A stretch of 64,000 bases of DNA. Source: Oligoflexales bacterium. GTDB lineage: Bacteria > Bdellovibrionota_B > Oligoflexia > Oligoflexales > CAIYRB01. Made by a program: the position numbers and the translations under genes. Location: assembly GCA_041736175.1 (NCBI GenBank), contig JBGSUI010000188.1, forward strand, positions 8,717-72,716, read 5' to 3'. Positions 27,092-37,026 of the stretch are shown in pieces. Position 1 is the first letter of the stretch. Each line of letters starts with the position of its first letter. The notes beneath the pieces are model-generated. The model saw nothing but the letters and a program-made list of their open reading frames with translations, was not told the DNA's origin and ran no database searches.

Positions 27092-28576
27092 CTAGTTAAC
27101 AATGCTTGGGTCGCGCGGAAATTTCTGAGTTGGACACCGATAAACCCCAGTTTCATTGTATTTCTTAATGGCTAAACCAACCTCGGGAATCAGGTAACTC
27201 CCCTGCTTTGCAACGCTCGACGTATGATAAAGACCCTGGATGTCCCAAGATGCGAGATTCCAAATAAAGGCGCCCTTCACCCTTTCTCTCCAAGGGGACG
27301 CGGACGGGACCAGATTTTTTGATAGGTATAAACTTAACCCGCAGTAAAACTGTATTGCTCCGTTTGCAACATCCGGATCCGACCAGGGGTTCGTTTTAGG
27401 ATTAAAGGTCCCATGGATCCCAGCCCAAGGAGCTGAGAGGGCATCCCGACCCGAAGTTGCAGGCTTTTTCGAATCCACACTTCCACCGATTCCCACTTCC
27501 GAAAAAATCAGCTCCAGGTGAGATGCATCCTTCTTGAGATCGGTCTTAATCGCTGCAAGCTCTTGATTGACGCTATTGAATACCTGGTCAAACTGAAGAA
27601 AAGGTAGGCTACCGTCCGCTGCTAGAGTGAGGTTGGTGTAGGCCGAGGCACCAAAAAAATCAAGTTTCTTGAGTAGCTCTTTGAATGCTCTGGACGAAAG
27701 GTACTGAGTTGGAAAATTTCCAAAGATCTTGTTAAAATTTAAACTGATACCAAATTTAATCTTTGGGTCGTCACTCCTGGGGTCCAAACTCTCTCTTAGG
27801 AGTGCGATAGCATGAGAGTATTGAGACGTATAAGCAAAGACGGTAGCTCCCATTTCGCCTTGAGCTGAAAAATAAACAGGCAAACTGGTGATACGGGTAC
27901 GCTTGATCGCATTCGCTATGGGCACTAGCATCGCACAATAATAGCTATCCACATATTTCTCGCACTCCCAATCACCTTCGATAACAAGTCCTAGGGCATG
28001 GGAGTTGCGCCATCGCCCCTCTCTTTTTCCATCATCCACATGGGGCGTGATAGAAATTCCTCTACCCTTGCTGAAGACCTTTTCAAAACAGGCTGCCATT
28101 CCATCTTCAAAAGTCTTAATCATAGCTAATGTAGGTGGATTGCAAGCCCGTTCCGACACCCGGTAACAAATCCGGTTACCCCAAGTAAGGGGCTTAGCGC
28201 CCCTAAATTCTTGGAGAGATGCCGTAACTATTTTCTCGGTACCATCGTGCGGCGGATCCACCAAAAAGCCATGGGTTGGAAGAAAATTGATGGTGGAATT
28301 TGCAAAATCTGAACCTAGGGCTTTATCCACCATCTCCAAGCACGGACTTGAGCCGTCGACTAAGGTGTAGTCCCAAGCACCCATAACTGCAATGCTGCTA
28401 TTGATCTCTACATAGTCATTCGGTGGAGTCCCTGGTTCAAAATCACTGGGAGTGGACGCGAGTTCGGCAGACGGTTTAAATGATCGCTTGCAGTGATATT
28501 GTAACATCATAAAAAACACCACAAGAAGAATTCTGATCACTTTTTCGACACTAAGAAGAAAAGGATTTTCTGACAT
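27092..28576 (-). CDS. membrane-anchored or exported protein, possibly a TIM-barrel clan-A-like glycoside hydrolase (494 aa)
   Basis: N-terminal TM segment (ILLVVFFMMLQ). Two Glu-containing blocks with the spacing expected for acid/base and nucleophile residues (SAQGEMG ... IFSEVGIGG). The family assignment is only a guess. Confidence 0.35.
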   Translation of the reverse strand: MSENPFLLSVEKVIRILLVVFFMMLQYHCKRSFKPSAELASTPSDFEPGTPPNDYVEINSSIAVMGAWDYTLVDGSSPCLEMVDKALGSDFANSTINFLPTHGFLVDPPHDGTEKIVTASLQEFRGAKPLTWGNRICYRVSERACNPPTLAMIKTFEDGMAACFEKVFSKGRGISITPHVDDGKREGRWRNSHALGLVIEGDWECEKYVDSYYCAMLVPIANAIKRTRITSLPVYFSAQGEMGATVFAYTSQYSHAIALLRESLDPRSDDPKIKFGISLNFNKIFGNFPTQYLSSRAFKELLKKLDFFGASAYTNLTLAADGSLPFLQFDQVFNSVNQELAAIKTDLKKDASHLELIFSEVGIGGSVDSKKPATSGRDALSAPWAGIHGTFNPKTNPWSDPDVANGAIQFYCGLSLYLSKNLVPSASPWRERVKGAFIWNLASWDIQGLYHTSSVAKQGSYLIPEVGLAIKKYNETGVYRCPTQKFPRDPSIVN

Positions 28577-28600
28577 GTTTCCCTTTTTTAACTCAGAATT

Positions 28601-31333
28601 TCAGCGAAGCGGTTTAAGAACTTCACCATCAAAATAAAATTCGACCACTCTCTCAGAGCCCCAAGATTCTCCATCTTGTGAGACCGCTAGAACCAACCGA
28701 AAACTAGTCGCCTTTTGTCCTAAATCCACAACACCCAGCTTATCAAAAAAACTACTTGGACCGGTGAGATATGTGCCGTAACTTATCTTACCATCACCCC
28801 CGTAAGATTTCTGAAGATCCTTTCCATCTAATACAATTTCGCCAAGGTCAAACTTCCCTAACTGCAATCTTCCTCCCTCCTCCATCCGCATGTACAGCTT
28901 AAATTGATCGTCCACAATTTCACGATTGACAAATAAGGATAAAAAAACCTGTGGTTCAAGTTGCAAAGCACTTGTTCTCCAATTTTGTTCTTGGAACCAC
29001 GACAAAGGCACTTTTTTTGTAAAAACCTGTACATGGGAAATCTCAATCATACTAATGTGACTTTGGGGCTTGTCTAGGTAGAACTGTGCAATTTTCTCTT
29101 TGATACGCCCATATCGACTCCCCGGCGGAAACGGCAATCCACTATACTCTTCGTAGCCATTGAGCATTGTAAAAATATCTTTTTCTTGCTTTGAAAGTCC
29201 GCTAATCGGTTTAGTTGAAAACGTCACTTTCCTACTGACTAATTCCATGGGAGAAATCATTAAAAGTAGTTTAGTCAGCTGTCGTGGATATGCAGTATCT
29301 AAAAGTTTCAAAAATCCTACCAATTGATCTTCTGGCATCATCCGTCGCTTTATCTTTTCTATAGCAAGAAAAACACCCTCCGCAAAATCCTGTTCGTCAA
29401 GCAAGGGAAAACGAAGATTTAACATATCCAAAGGTTTTACCAAAAATGCAAGAACATCGTTCCCCAATCCGGGGTTCGTTCTTAGTTGACTATTTGGATA
29501 TTCAACTCCAAAAGCCTCTCTAACTTTTGCGTATAGATCCTCTCGACTGATCTGTAACGCGACTTTTATAGCCTCAAATGGAAACGACAAGACCACCTGG
29601 GCACTGAGTCGCCCAAGAGCTGTTGGTGAAACATGAAGAACTTCCATCGATTTATCGGGGGATATGGAGTATAGTTGCTGCCTCCGACTCTTGATTTTCA
29701 AACTATCAAGTAATGGAATCTTTTCTCCAATTTTAATAGGCATACCCGATACAAATCTCACTCGATTTATATATTCTTTAAATTCTTCAGTATTTGTATA
29801 TCGATCTTCGATGTTGTAATTAATCACTAACCTATAGGGGTTAAGTGGATTTTCATAGTAAAATATACGCTTATCATTTTTTACATCGTCAAATGGCTTG
29901 ACGAACATCTCTACCACCGACTGAACCCTTTCCTCCATCTCTCCAACTAAAATATTCCAGTTTTTGTCTATGACCTCACCCATGGTCTCAAGAATAAAAT
30001 ATTTACCCAAGAAATCTCGAATCTCAATCTCGTTTTTTAATACCGAAGTCTCTCGAACTTCTTTATAGACCGCTACATTGGGTCCACGTTTGCTTGATTT
30101 TTCGGCTCTATTTTGAATCCTTGAAAACTGAAACACCACTCCAGTATCGACGCCCTCTAAATTCCTTTTTGCTGCATTGAATGCGCTTTCAAAATCCCCT
30201 AGCACCGATTTCTCGTAGCATTCCTTCGCTTTTGGAATACTAAGATCAAACTCATAGACTTGATCAAATAGCTTGGCTAAGGCTTTTTGATAGTTAAAAT
30301 TGAGTGGAGTAAAGGCAATAGGAAACCCGTTCCAAACCCAAGAAAAGCTACCGATATCAAAAGCCATTGCCCCTTTAAATACAGCGTAAATGGTACCTAG
30401 ATTTCCTTCGAACAAGATTCCATCACGATCAACTTCGTTGACACCAACCCAAGCTTTGCTAACATCTTTCCGAAAGACGTTAATTCGATGTTCACCCCTT
30501 TTAAAAAGACTAATTGGCATGCCCGCCGCTAAATCGCCAATTCTCTTCAGTTGGTCCAACTTTTCATTGGGAATAAGGCCCGCTAAATCGGGCGAAAGCC
30601 GTATCCCTCCTGTTAAGCTATAACTTCGAATGGAGCCAACCGGCATTTCTTTAAATTTTTCAATTGTTAAGGGAAAAGTTATAGGTGTCAAAATCTCAGT
30701 GACGGGGTCATATAACTCATTTTGATTGAAGGAGGGTGGCAATATCGACGATAAAAAGGGGAGTACACCAAACCAAGAGTTGCTTCGATTTCTTAAGGTC
30801 GCTATTTTTTGCTGCTCTAAAACACGCTTCCCATCAGTCTGTAGATAAACTTGTAGAATTTCCCCAGTAGCTTCGGCACCGAGGATCCACGGCACACCAA
30901 TCGTCTCAAAAAGCTTTCTTTGAAAACCTGGACCTAAATAAAATCTGTCTACAACAATATACCGACCATTATTTGCATGGATTAAATTCCTCCTTATTCC
31001 CAGCTGAAACCATGATTGATCAGTCAATGGTATCCGCTTGTCGTTGTCAAGCAAACTGTAAAAAACAGAGTCCATAATGGATTCAAGGGACCGGTTGATC
31101 GCTTCGGTACCCGTATCAATTCCGTTGATTACCACCGGATTTTTAAAGATATCATCAATCTGTTTCGAATAACCTGTTTCTTCCATAGTACCAGATCCAC
31201 TTGCAGCATTTTTCCCACTAAAATCTATATCTATGATGACATCCTGATTTTTAACCACATCCTGTTGGCCTAGTGCCGAGCCTTGAATAAAAACAAAAAC
31301 AATGATATACCAGCTCATCTTTAAGCGTTTCAT
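28601..31333 (-). CDS. large secreted protein of unknown function (910 aa)
   Basis: Signal peptide MKRLKMSWYIIVFVFIQGSALGQQ. No motif I recognise. Its start overlaps the upstream stop (ATGA). Confidence 0.6.
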   Translation of the reverse strand: MKRLKMSWYIIVFVFIQGSALGQQDVVKNQDVIIDIDFSGKNAASGSGTMEETGYSKQIDDIFKNPVVINGIDTGTEAINRSLESIMDSVFYSLLDNDKRIPLTDQSWFQLGIRRNLIHANNGRYIVVDRFYLGPGFQRKLFETIGVPWILGAEATGEILQVYLQTDGKRVLEQQKIATLRNRSNSWFGVLPFLSSILPPSFNQNELYDPVTEILTPITFPLTIEKFKEMPVGSIRSYSLTGGIRLSPDLAGLIPNEKLDQLKRIGDLAAGMPISLFKRGEHRINVFRKDVSKAWVGVNEVDRDGILFEGNLGTIYAVFKGAMAFDIGSFSWVWNGFPIAFTPLNFNYQKALAKLFDQVYEFDLSIPKAKECYEKSVLGDFESAFNAAKRNLEGVDTGVVFQFSRIQNRAEKSSKRGPNVAVYKEVRETSVLKNEIEIRDFLGKYFILETMGEVIDKNWNILVGEMEERVQSVVEMFVKPFDDVKNDKRIFYYENPLNPYRLVINYNIEDRYTNTEEFKEYINRVRFVSGMPIKIGEKIPLLDSLKIKSRRQQLYSISPDKSMEVLHVSPTALGRLSAQVVLSFPFEAIKVALQISREDLYAKVREAFGVEYPNSQLRTNPGLGNDVLAFLVKPLDMLNLRFPLLDEQDFAEGVFLAIEKIKRRMMPEDQLVGFLKLLDTAYPRQLTKLLLMISPMELVSRKVTFSTKPISGLSKQEKDIFTMLNGYEEYSGLPFPPGSRYGRIKEKIAQFYLDKPQSHISMIEISHVQVFTKKVPLSWFQEQNWRTSALQLEPQVFLSLFVNREIVDDQFKLYMRMEEGGRLQLGKFDLGEIVLDGKDLQKSYGGDGKISYGTYLTGPSSFFDKLGVVDLGQKATSFRLVLAVSQDGESWGSERVVEFYFDGEVLKPLR

Positions 31334-32361
31334 AAAGGAGTGCCTAACCCCAGATTAAAATTCCAACCGGTGTTTCCAAGACTCTTTAATCCCTTGCTGT
31401 ATCCGACTCCCTGGGAAAACCAGACACAATCCCAGAGATTCTGCTCATAAAAAACAACCCCTCGGGTTGCGACCTTAATTTCATCATCTAACTGAAACGA
31501 CCACCTGGAAGACCTCTCTATCGGGCCCAGATATCCCAATCTAATAAGTTGCTTAAATTGAGCCATTTTTCCGTCTGGAGTCGCTAACTCACGTATAAGC
31601 TCCAAGTGAGTCTCACCTCCTTTTGACCCTAGAGTGAAAAGACCCACCCCACCTCGACGGATCCCGGTTTCTTCGCCGTAAAACGATACGACCGAACGAG
31701 TACTGCCTAGAATCGCAAAATCATAAATAAAGCGGAAGCCAATCGCTTTATAGTATCTTTCTTCCAGCTTACCTCCCATTTCTTCTTTTTTAATCTTTGA
31801 CGATAAGTCCCCAGCAACACCAAAATCAAGACTCATGTGATTTTGATCATCAAAAGTCCCATACGCTATATATCTTGGTGTTTTAAAAAAGTTATTTTGA
31901 TTTAGTTTACCATAAAAACCCTTCACTGCCGGTCGGTTGACTCCAAGGGGCAACTCGCCTTTGCCCATCACAAGTCTCAAGGGAGAAGTTGCTAAGTTTC
32001 CAACCTGCAACACTGCTAAATCAGTATCCAAATCAGTTTCACGTGACATGGCAGGAAGCCAAAGCAGATCACCATGGACAGCTCCATGAATTCCTAAAAG
32101 AGAATTATAAACATAGGATGTTCTTAATTCTGAAAAGACTCCTTTTTGGATAGCTCTCGTTCCACCTTCGACCAAGAATGCTTCTGCCCTCGCTTTGCCT
32201 GTCAGACAAAAATAACGTTTCCCGTATTCATCTACAACTTCTGATGCAATAGGATTCTGTTCGCAGCCTATTAGTGTCAACGTTTGAGAAGGAGCTATCG
32301 TTTTCTCGGACACTCCAAACGCAATCCCCATCATGTATTGGAGAAAAGCAAGCGCTATCAC
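31330..32361 (-). CDS. beta-rich envelope protein, possible OM barrel (343 aa; start uncertain)
   Basis: Alternating hydrophobic pattern, Gly/aromatic-rich. The track start is a GTG with no SD. The frame is open from the upstream stop, and GGAGAG precedes an in-frame ATT at 32383-32385. Confidence 0.5.
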   Translation of the reverse strand: MIALAFLQYMMGIAFGVSEKTIAPSQTLTLIGCEQNPIASEVVDEYGKRYFCLTGKARAEAFLVEGGTRAIQKGVFSELRTSYVYNSLLGIHGAVHGDLLWLPAMSRETDLDTDLAVLQVGNLATSPLRLVMGKGELPLGVNRPAVKGFYGKLNQNNFFKTPRYIAYGTFDDQNHMSLDFGVAGDLSSKIKKEEMGGKLEERYYKAIGFRFIYDFAILGSTRSVVSFYGEETGIRRGGVGLFTLGSKGGETHLELIRELATPDGKMAQFKQLIRLGYLGPIERSSRWSFQLDDEIKVATRGVVFYEQNLWDCVWFSQGVGYSKGLKSLGNTGWNFNLGLGTPL

Positions 32362-32415
32362 GATAGGTCGTAAGAAGATGAAAATAAGATGCTCTCCATG
32401 CTGGGCTGTCTTTGG

Positions 32416-34824
32416 TCAATTATCGTTCAGATAGCCCCACTCACGCAACATTTTCTCAAACATTGGATTGCTAGCCTGAATCGCCAATTCCTCTCGATCT
32501 ATATCCCAGAGTTTTCTCAAATAGGCGTTTGTTTGAGGTGATTGTGGAAAAAGAGTATCACTGCCGTTATCTTCAAAGGGCAAAGCCTTTGTCTCATCCG
32601 GTTTGGTTATACTTAGAGGTAATCTATCTCTTGTATAAGTTAACTTCAAATCCTTGCCGCCCACGTTGATTACTGGCAGCTTGGACCCTAATTCATTTAA
32701 TCTCACTTTAAATCTATGGTCCAGACCCTCCTTAAATTTGAGAACCATTTCTTGACCCATTTCTAAGGCTGGAAGACTATCCTTATAGCTGGCGTCTTGT
32801 GATAATGATACCGATACCTCTTCACTTTTGGATGTTTCAACAACAAGTTCGAAGCCTGTTTTCAAATTAAAAGTTTTCCGGTAGGTTTCCTGGGCTGATG
32901 TTAACACTGATGGAGAACGCTCACTCAGATCTCGTAATTCCTCAGGATCATCTTTAAGGTCAAAAAGCCGCTCTTTTCGATAAAAGTTCTTCATATTGCC
33001 CGAAAAGCTACCTAATTTATAGACTTTTTTACTTGTAGGTGAGTAGGATCTTATATATTTCCAGCGATTTCCAAAGATGATCGCTCTCTCTCGAAACCCT
33101 TCAATAGGAAGAACCGGCGAAATATTATTCCCTCCATTTTCTAGGGGGAGTGACGGCAAAGAGCATTCTCCATGAATATGATTCTCCCCTAAATCTATCA
33201 GTGTTGGCCCAATTTGTAGGGTACTCACCCAGTCATCTATGATTTTGGGAGTCGATGGACTGGCAAGCCCTTTTTTAATAAATAGGGGAACCCTTACCTC
33301 ATCGTTTAATAAGGTCGCTCCGTGGTCATGGTAGCTACCGTAAAAACCCGTGCCCATTTGATTGCCCGTAAAGGGCCGGGGTTTCATTTGATCTCCATGA
33401 TCCGCAGTCACTACTAAGGTCACTTTATCATAAAGCTGACGCTCTTTGAGGAGTGAGATCATTTTATTAATATATCGGTCCGTATAGGAAATTTCCGCAT
33501 CATAAAGGGTATCCAGCATCGCTGGATAAGACCAAAATGGATTTTGTGCTGGCCAAACGTTGTAAAGATCTCGAATCGGCGGCCGGTTTGGTGCATGAGG
33601 GGCATTAAAATGTACATACAACAGAAATGATTTATCCTCATTTTTCAGAATCCATTTTTGAGCTTCGTGAGCTATAATGGGGGTATCATAGCCATCAAAT
33701 TCAATGCTTTGCTGTTGTTCAAACCCATGGTTCTGGCCAACACCCATCACCTCTGACACGACCGATATGTTACCGATCATGGCCGTCTTCATGCCCATAC
33801 TAGCTATTTGACTTGGAAAAGATTTTAGACCGTTTCTAGCAAAAGCAAGCCTTTGCTCAGGACTTACCCCATAAGAGAATGCCCAGGAACCTAAAAATGT
33901 TGGCGGACGACAACTTAATAGTGCATTTGTAGAAGGACTTGTCATATTTCCTGGAGACACTGCATTAACATACTGCAGACTGTCTTTTTTAAGAAGATCT
34001 AAATACGGCGCCCTTTTCGAGTCGATTCCATCAAACCTTAGGGTGTCGATCAGGATTACAATAACCTGGATTTTTCTAGCTGTTGATTCTTGGTAGAGAC
34101 TTAGTCCACTCACAAAACATCCAGTCCCCCGACTCCTACAGGTCATTTTTAAGACTTTTTCATTTTGAAGATTACCCCCCCCATCTACCCATAAACTTAC
34201 ATCAACCCATCGTTCCGTTTTAAGTAAATTATCAGGCCATAGCCACGGAGTTATCCACTGTTTTAGCTTTTTTGATACCAACCCAAGCTGCTTAAATTCG
34301 TATCGATCTAAAACCTTGTCCCCAAGAGAGACTTCGATTTTATCGCCATCATGAGTTCCTCCAAACCCAAACTCAACTCGCTGTCCTTTCGAGTCTTTTA
34401 GTTTGAGATTTAGAGTCGCATTGTTTGAAAGGTAAAGAGCATCTCTTCCTTCCAAATGTTCAGGATAATTGCCATAAGTCACATAGATCTGATTATTGTA
34501 TTTAAATCTTTGAAGCCCTATAAAAGCAGTGCTGGGCCATTTTGCCGCAATCTCTTGTAGGTCGCTAGAAGAGTCCTCAGCCATCCCGTCAAAACTTACT
34601 TCAAGATTATGAGTCCATAGGGACCCTAGCCTCTCTACATCGACTCGCTTAGGAGGAACCGCCCTAGTCTCCTCGATATGCAATCGAGCATCATTGGGAT
34701 GAATTGCTATGACAAAAAAGAGCACACTTCCAAATACCGTCCCCAAAATAATCTTAACCATCTTATTAACAAGGCTCATATAGCTTGCATTTATACGTAC
34801 ACCCATTAATTCACCCGTTTTCAT
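32416..34824 (-). CDS. alkaline-phosphatase-superfamily (sulfatase-fold) enzyme with Thr at the nucleophile position (802 aa, single N-terminal TM)
   Basis: VIVILIDTLRFD (metal Asp), GNMTSPSTNALLS (T-S-P-S-T where sulfatases have C/S-x-P-x-R), HFNAPHAP, VVTADHGDQ. Confidence 0.7.
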   Translation of the reverse strand: MKTGELMGVRINASYMSLVNKMVKIILGTVFGSVLFFVIAIHPNDARLHIEETRAVPPKRVDVERLGSLWTHNLEVSFDGMAEDSSSDLQEIAAKWPSTAFIGLQRFKYNNQIYVTYGNYPEHLEGRDALYLSNNATLNLKLKDSKGQRVEFGFGGTHDGDKIEVSLGDKVLDRYEFKQLGLVSKKLKQWITPWLWPDNLLKTERWVDVSLWVDGGGNLQNEKVLKMTCRSRGTGCFVSGLSLYQESTARKIQVIVILIDTLRFDGIDSKRAPYLDLLKKDSLQYVNAVSPGNMTSPSTNALLSCRPPTFLGSWAFSYGVSPEQRLAFARNGLKSFPSQIASMGMKTAMIGNISVVSEVMGVGQNHGFEQQQSIEFDGYDTPIIAHEAQKWILKNEDKSFLLYVHFNAPHAPNRPPIRDLYNVWPAQNPFWSYPAMLDTLYDAEISYTDRYINKMISLLKERQLYDKVTLVVTADHGDQMKPRPFTGNQMGTGFYGSYHDHGATLLNDEVRVPLFIKKGLASPSTPKIIDDWVSTLQIGPTLIDLGENHIHGECSLPSLPLENGGNNISPVLPIEGFRERAIIFGNRWKYIRSYSPTSKKVYKLGSFSGNMKNFYRKERLFDLKDDPEELRDLSERSPSVLTSAQETYRKTFNLKTGFELVVETSKSEEVSVSLSQDASYKDSLPALEMGQEMVLKFKEGLDHRFKVRLNELGSKLPVINVGGKDLKLTYTRDRLPLSITKPDETKALPFEDNGSDTLFPQSPQTNAYLRKLWDIDREELAIQASNPMFEKMLREWGYLNDN

Positions 34825-34827
34825 AGC

Positions 34828-36891
34828 CTAGTTGATCGGAACAAGGTAGTTTGTGATAAATTTGTACTTGTTTTCATACTTTTGGATATGGTCTCTGAGA
34901 ATCACCTTCATAGCCTCCCCTTTTTCCTTTTCTAATTCTATAAGATTTCTCTCATTATCAGGATCTAAAAGTCGATTATAAAGTTCAAATTTCACACCCT
35001 CAGGAGTTGGCATATAGATCAGTTTAAAGTCCTTGGTCATAATGGCCCTATGTTTCGCGGTAGTGATTATATTTTCGTACCTGTTATCTAACACCATTTC
35101 ATTTGATCCCCCTTGATCAAAATCAAGAAGTCCCGAAATCCCGGGATAGTCTAGTCGATTCGCCTGAAAATGAGCGGCACCGGTTCTAGAAAACCATATT
35201 CCGGTTTCTGAATAGGCATAGGTCCGCTCCATCCTTTCACCTCTTCCATAAATAGTATTTGAATAATCATAGCCACTCATAACATCGTCTTTTTGAAGCC
35301 CCATAATTCCCATGAGTGTAGGCAACACATCAGAGGGTTGAGATAGACTATCAACTTTCTGCGCCTTGGGGAGGTGTCCTTTTGGAAGTTTAATGAATAG
35401 AGGCACCTTTAGCACCACTTCGCTTCGAAGGTGCTCACCATGCCCTTGTAAATGCTTGTCATCATAAATTTGCTCTCCATGATCAGCAGTGAATACGACC
35501 GTTGTTTGGTCCCATAAACCTTGATTTTTCAGAGATTTTTCAATCTCTCCTATCGAGTCATCAATGGCACGTAACGATCCCTTATAAAAGGCTCTAATCT
35601 GCGCTATATCCTCCGATTTAAAATCACTTCCTGTTACTTTGACTTCAGGGTCCTTTTTAAAAAGATAGGAACCTTTGTAGTCAGATTTAGAAAATAACCG
35701 GTAATAGGGTTCTGGCGCTGCATAAGGAAAATGGGCCGTAGAAAAAAACACTATCCCCAACCAGCGGTCATCTTTTAGGGACGAAATATGACTTAATGCT
35801 GCTTCTTGCAGATGGACTGGGTCAGCTAGGGTAGGTGACTGCTTAAGTTCCTGAAAATATCGACTCAAGGGACCTTGGACAAAAAAGGGCAAAAATGCTG
35901 TGAATTGCTGGGTTACATTCATTTTGATCATTCCCGTGACGGTTAGGCTTGGTGTAAGGACATCATCAAAAGCTGCTTTAAATCGAGGAAAGATATCCCC
36001 GGCAAAATCCGAAATAATAAAGGTCTTGTACCCAGCCTTTTGAAAAACGTTCCCCATTCCTTTAAAGATATTGTCTCGGCTACGAAGCGAAGGAAACATA
36101 TGGCGGATCCCTGTTTCCGAAGCATATTTGCCTGTTATTATTTCGATCCAGGACGGAAAAGTTCTAGGAATGCCCACCAGATGATCTTGGAATTCCACAG
36201 CTTCTGGTTCCTGGACCATTCTGAAAAGATTAGGCGTCGACTCTGAATTAAGAGAGTCATAGCGCAACGAATCAACAGCAATCAACAAAACATTGCCTAA
36301 TTTTTCTGCTCTACTTTCTCTAGCATTTTTCATTAACAAATATCCGATTCCAATGCTTATAAATACGAAACAAGAAAGGCTCACGATTCTCAATTTGCTC
36401 TTTGTACCATTAATGATTTTGCTAAAGATTTTCCTCACAAAATTGACAAATAGATAGCCAAGCGGAGCCCCGTAGATAATTTTCCAAATGGTGCTCCCAT
36501 GCAAAACATACGAAAGGCTACGAAGTGGATGATGAAGTGATATGGGGATAAAATCACAGAAATAACCCGGATAAGTCAAAAGACCAGCAAGAAAACTTAA
36601 ACCAATAAAGGTTGACATGAGCAAAAAAACAATTAATCGTGATCGACCCTGATACAGGTTTCTGATGACAACTAGGTGAATAAAAACAATGAGGAATGCA
36701 ACTAAAAGCACCATAAGAAAATGCGTGAAAGCAACCCATGGATAAAAGCTTAATACCCCAAAAGCCAACATTGATACATCTTTTCCAAGAAACTCTGACG
36801 ACTTGGAAAACAAAAGAGGCACGAGTATCCATATTAGTGTCACTACTAAGCTCATACCCAAATCATTTTTAATTTTACGAAGATCAATCAA
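34828..36891 (-). CDS. polytopic-membrane alkaline-phosphatase-superfamily transferase-like enzyme (LtaS/OpgB/EptA-like architecture, 687 aa)
   Basis: About 190 aa of TM helices, then LLIAVDSLRYD, GIPRTFPSWIEIITG (Thr nucleophile, NPP-like TFP), STAHFPY and VFTADHGEQ. TTG start 36891 with GGAGGTGA 7 nt upstream. Confidence 0.7.
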   Translation of the reverse strand: MIDLRKIKNDLGMSLVVTLIWILVPLLFSKSSEFLGKDVSMLAFGVLSFYPWVAFTHFLMVLLVAFLIVFIHLVVIRNLYQGRSRLIVFLLMSTFIGLSFLAGLLTYPGYFCDFIPISLHHPLRSLSYVLHGSTIWKIIYGAPLGYLFVNFVRKIFSKIINGTKSKLRIVSLSCFVFISIGIGYLLMKNARESRAEKLGNVLLIAVDSLRYDSLNSESTPNLFRMVQEPEAVEFQDHLVGIPRTFPSWIEIITGKYASETGIRHMFPSLRSRDNIFKGMGNVFQKAGYKTFIISDFAGDIFPRFKAAFDDVLTPSLTVTGMIKMNVTQQFTAFLPFFVQGPLSRYFQELKQSPTLADPVHLQEAALSHISSLKDDRWLGIVFFSTAHFPYAAPEPYYRLFSKSDYKGSYLFKKDPEVKVTGSDFKSEDIAQIRAFYKGSLRAIDDSIGEIEKSLKNQGLWDQTTVVFTADHGEQIYDDKHLQGHGEHLRSEVVLKVPLFIKLPKGHLPKAQKVDSLSQPSDVLPTLMGIMGLQKDDVMSGYDYSNTIYGRGERMERTYAYSETGIWFSRTGAAHFQANRLDYPGISGLLDFDQGGSNEMVLDNRYENIITTAKHRAIMTKDFKLIYMPTPEGVKFELYNRLLDPDNERNLIELEKEKGEAMKVILRDHIQKYENKYKFITNYLVPIN

Positions 36892-36945
36892 AAACCATCA
36901 CCTCCCCTCATGGGATCAAACGACCATCTTGAGACTCACTCACCT

Positions 36946-36964
36946 CATAACATAAATTGTTATG
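36946..36964. promoter_or_regulatory. perfect 7-5-7 palindrome CATAACA-TAAAT-TGTTATG upstream of the five-gene operon
   Basis: Read directly. It lies 55-73 nt upstream of the TTG start at 36891 and 63 nt downstream of the HD-GYP stop. Confidence 0.35.
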
Positions 36965-37026
36965 GGATATCGGATCTATAGGAAATCCTACCAGGTTTGA
37001 CCCGAATCTGGATTTCTCCGAACATG

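Noticed and set aside
32416-36891. Annotating both AP-fold proteins as arylsulfatases
   Set aside because: Neither has the C/S-x-P-x-R formylglycine motif; Thr occupies the nucleophile position and the Arg is absent.
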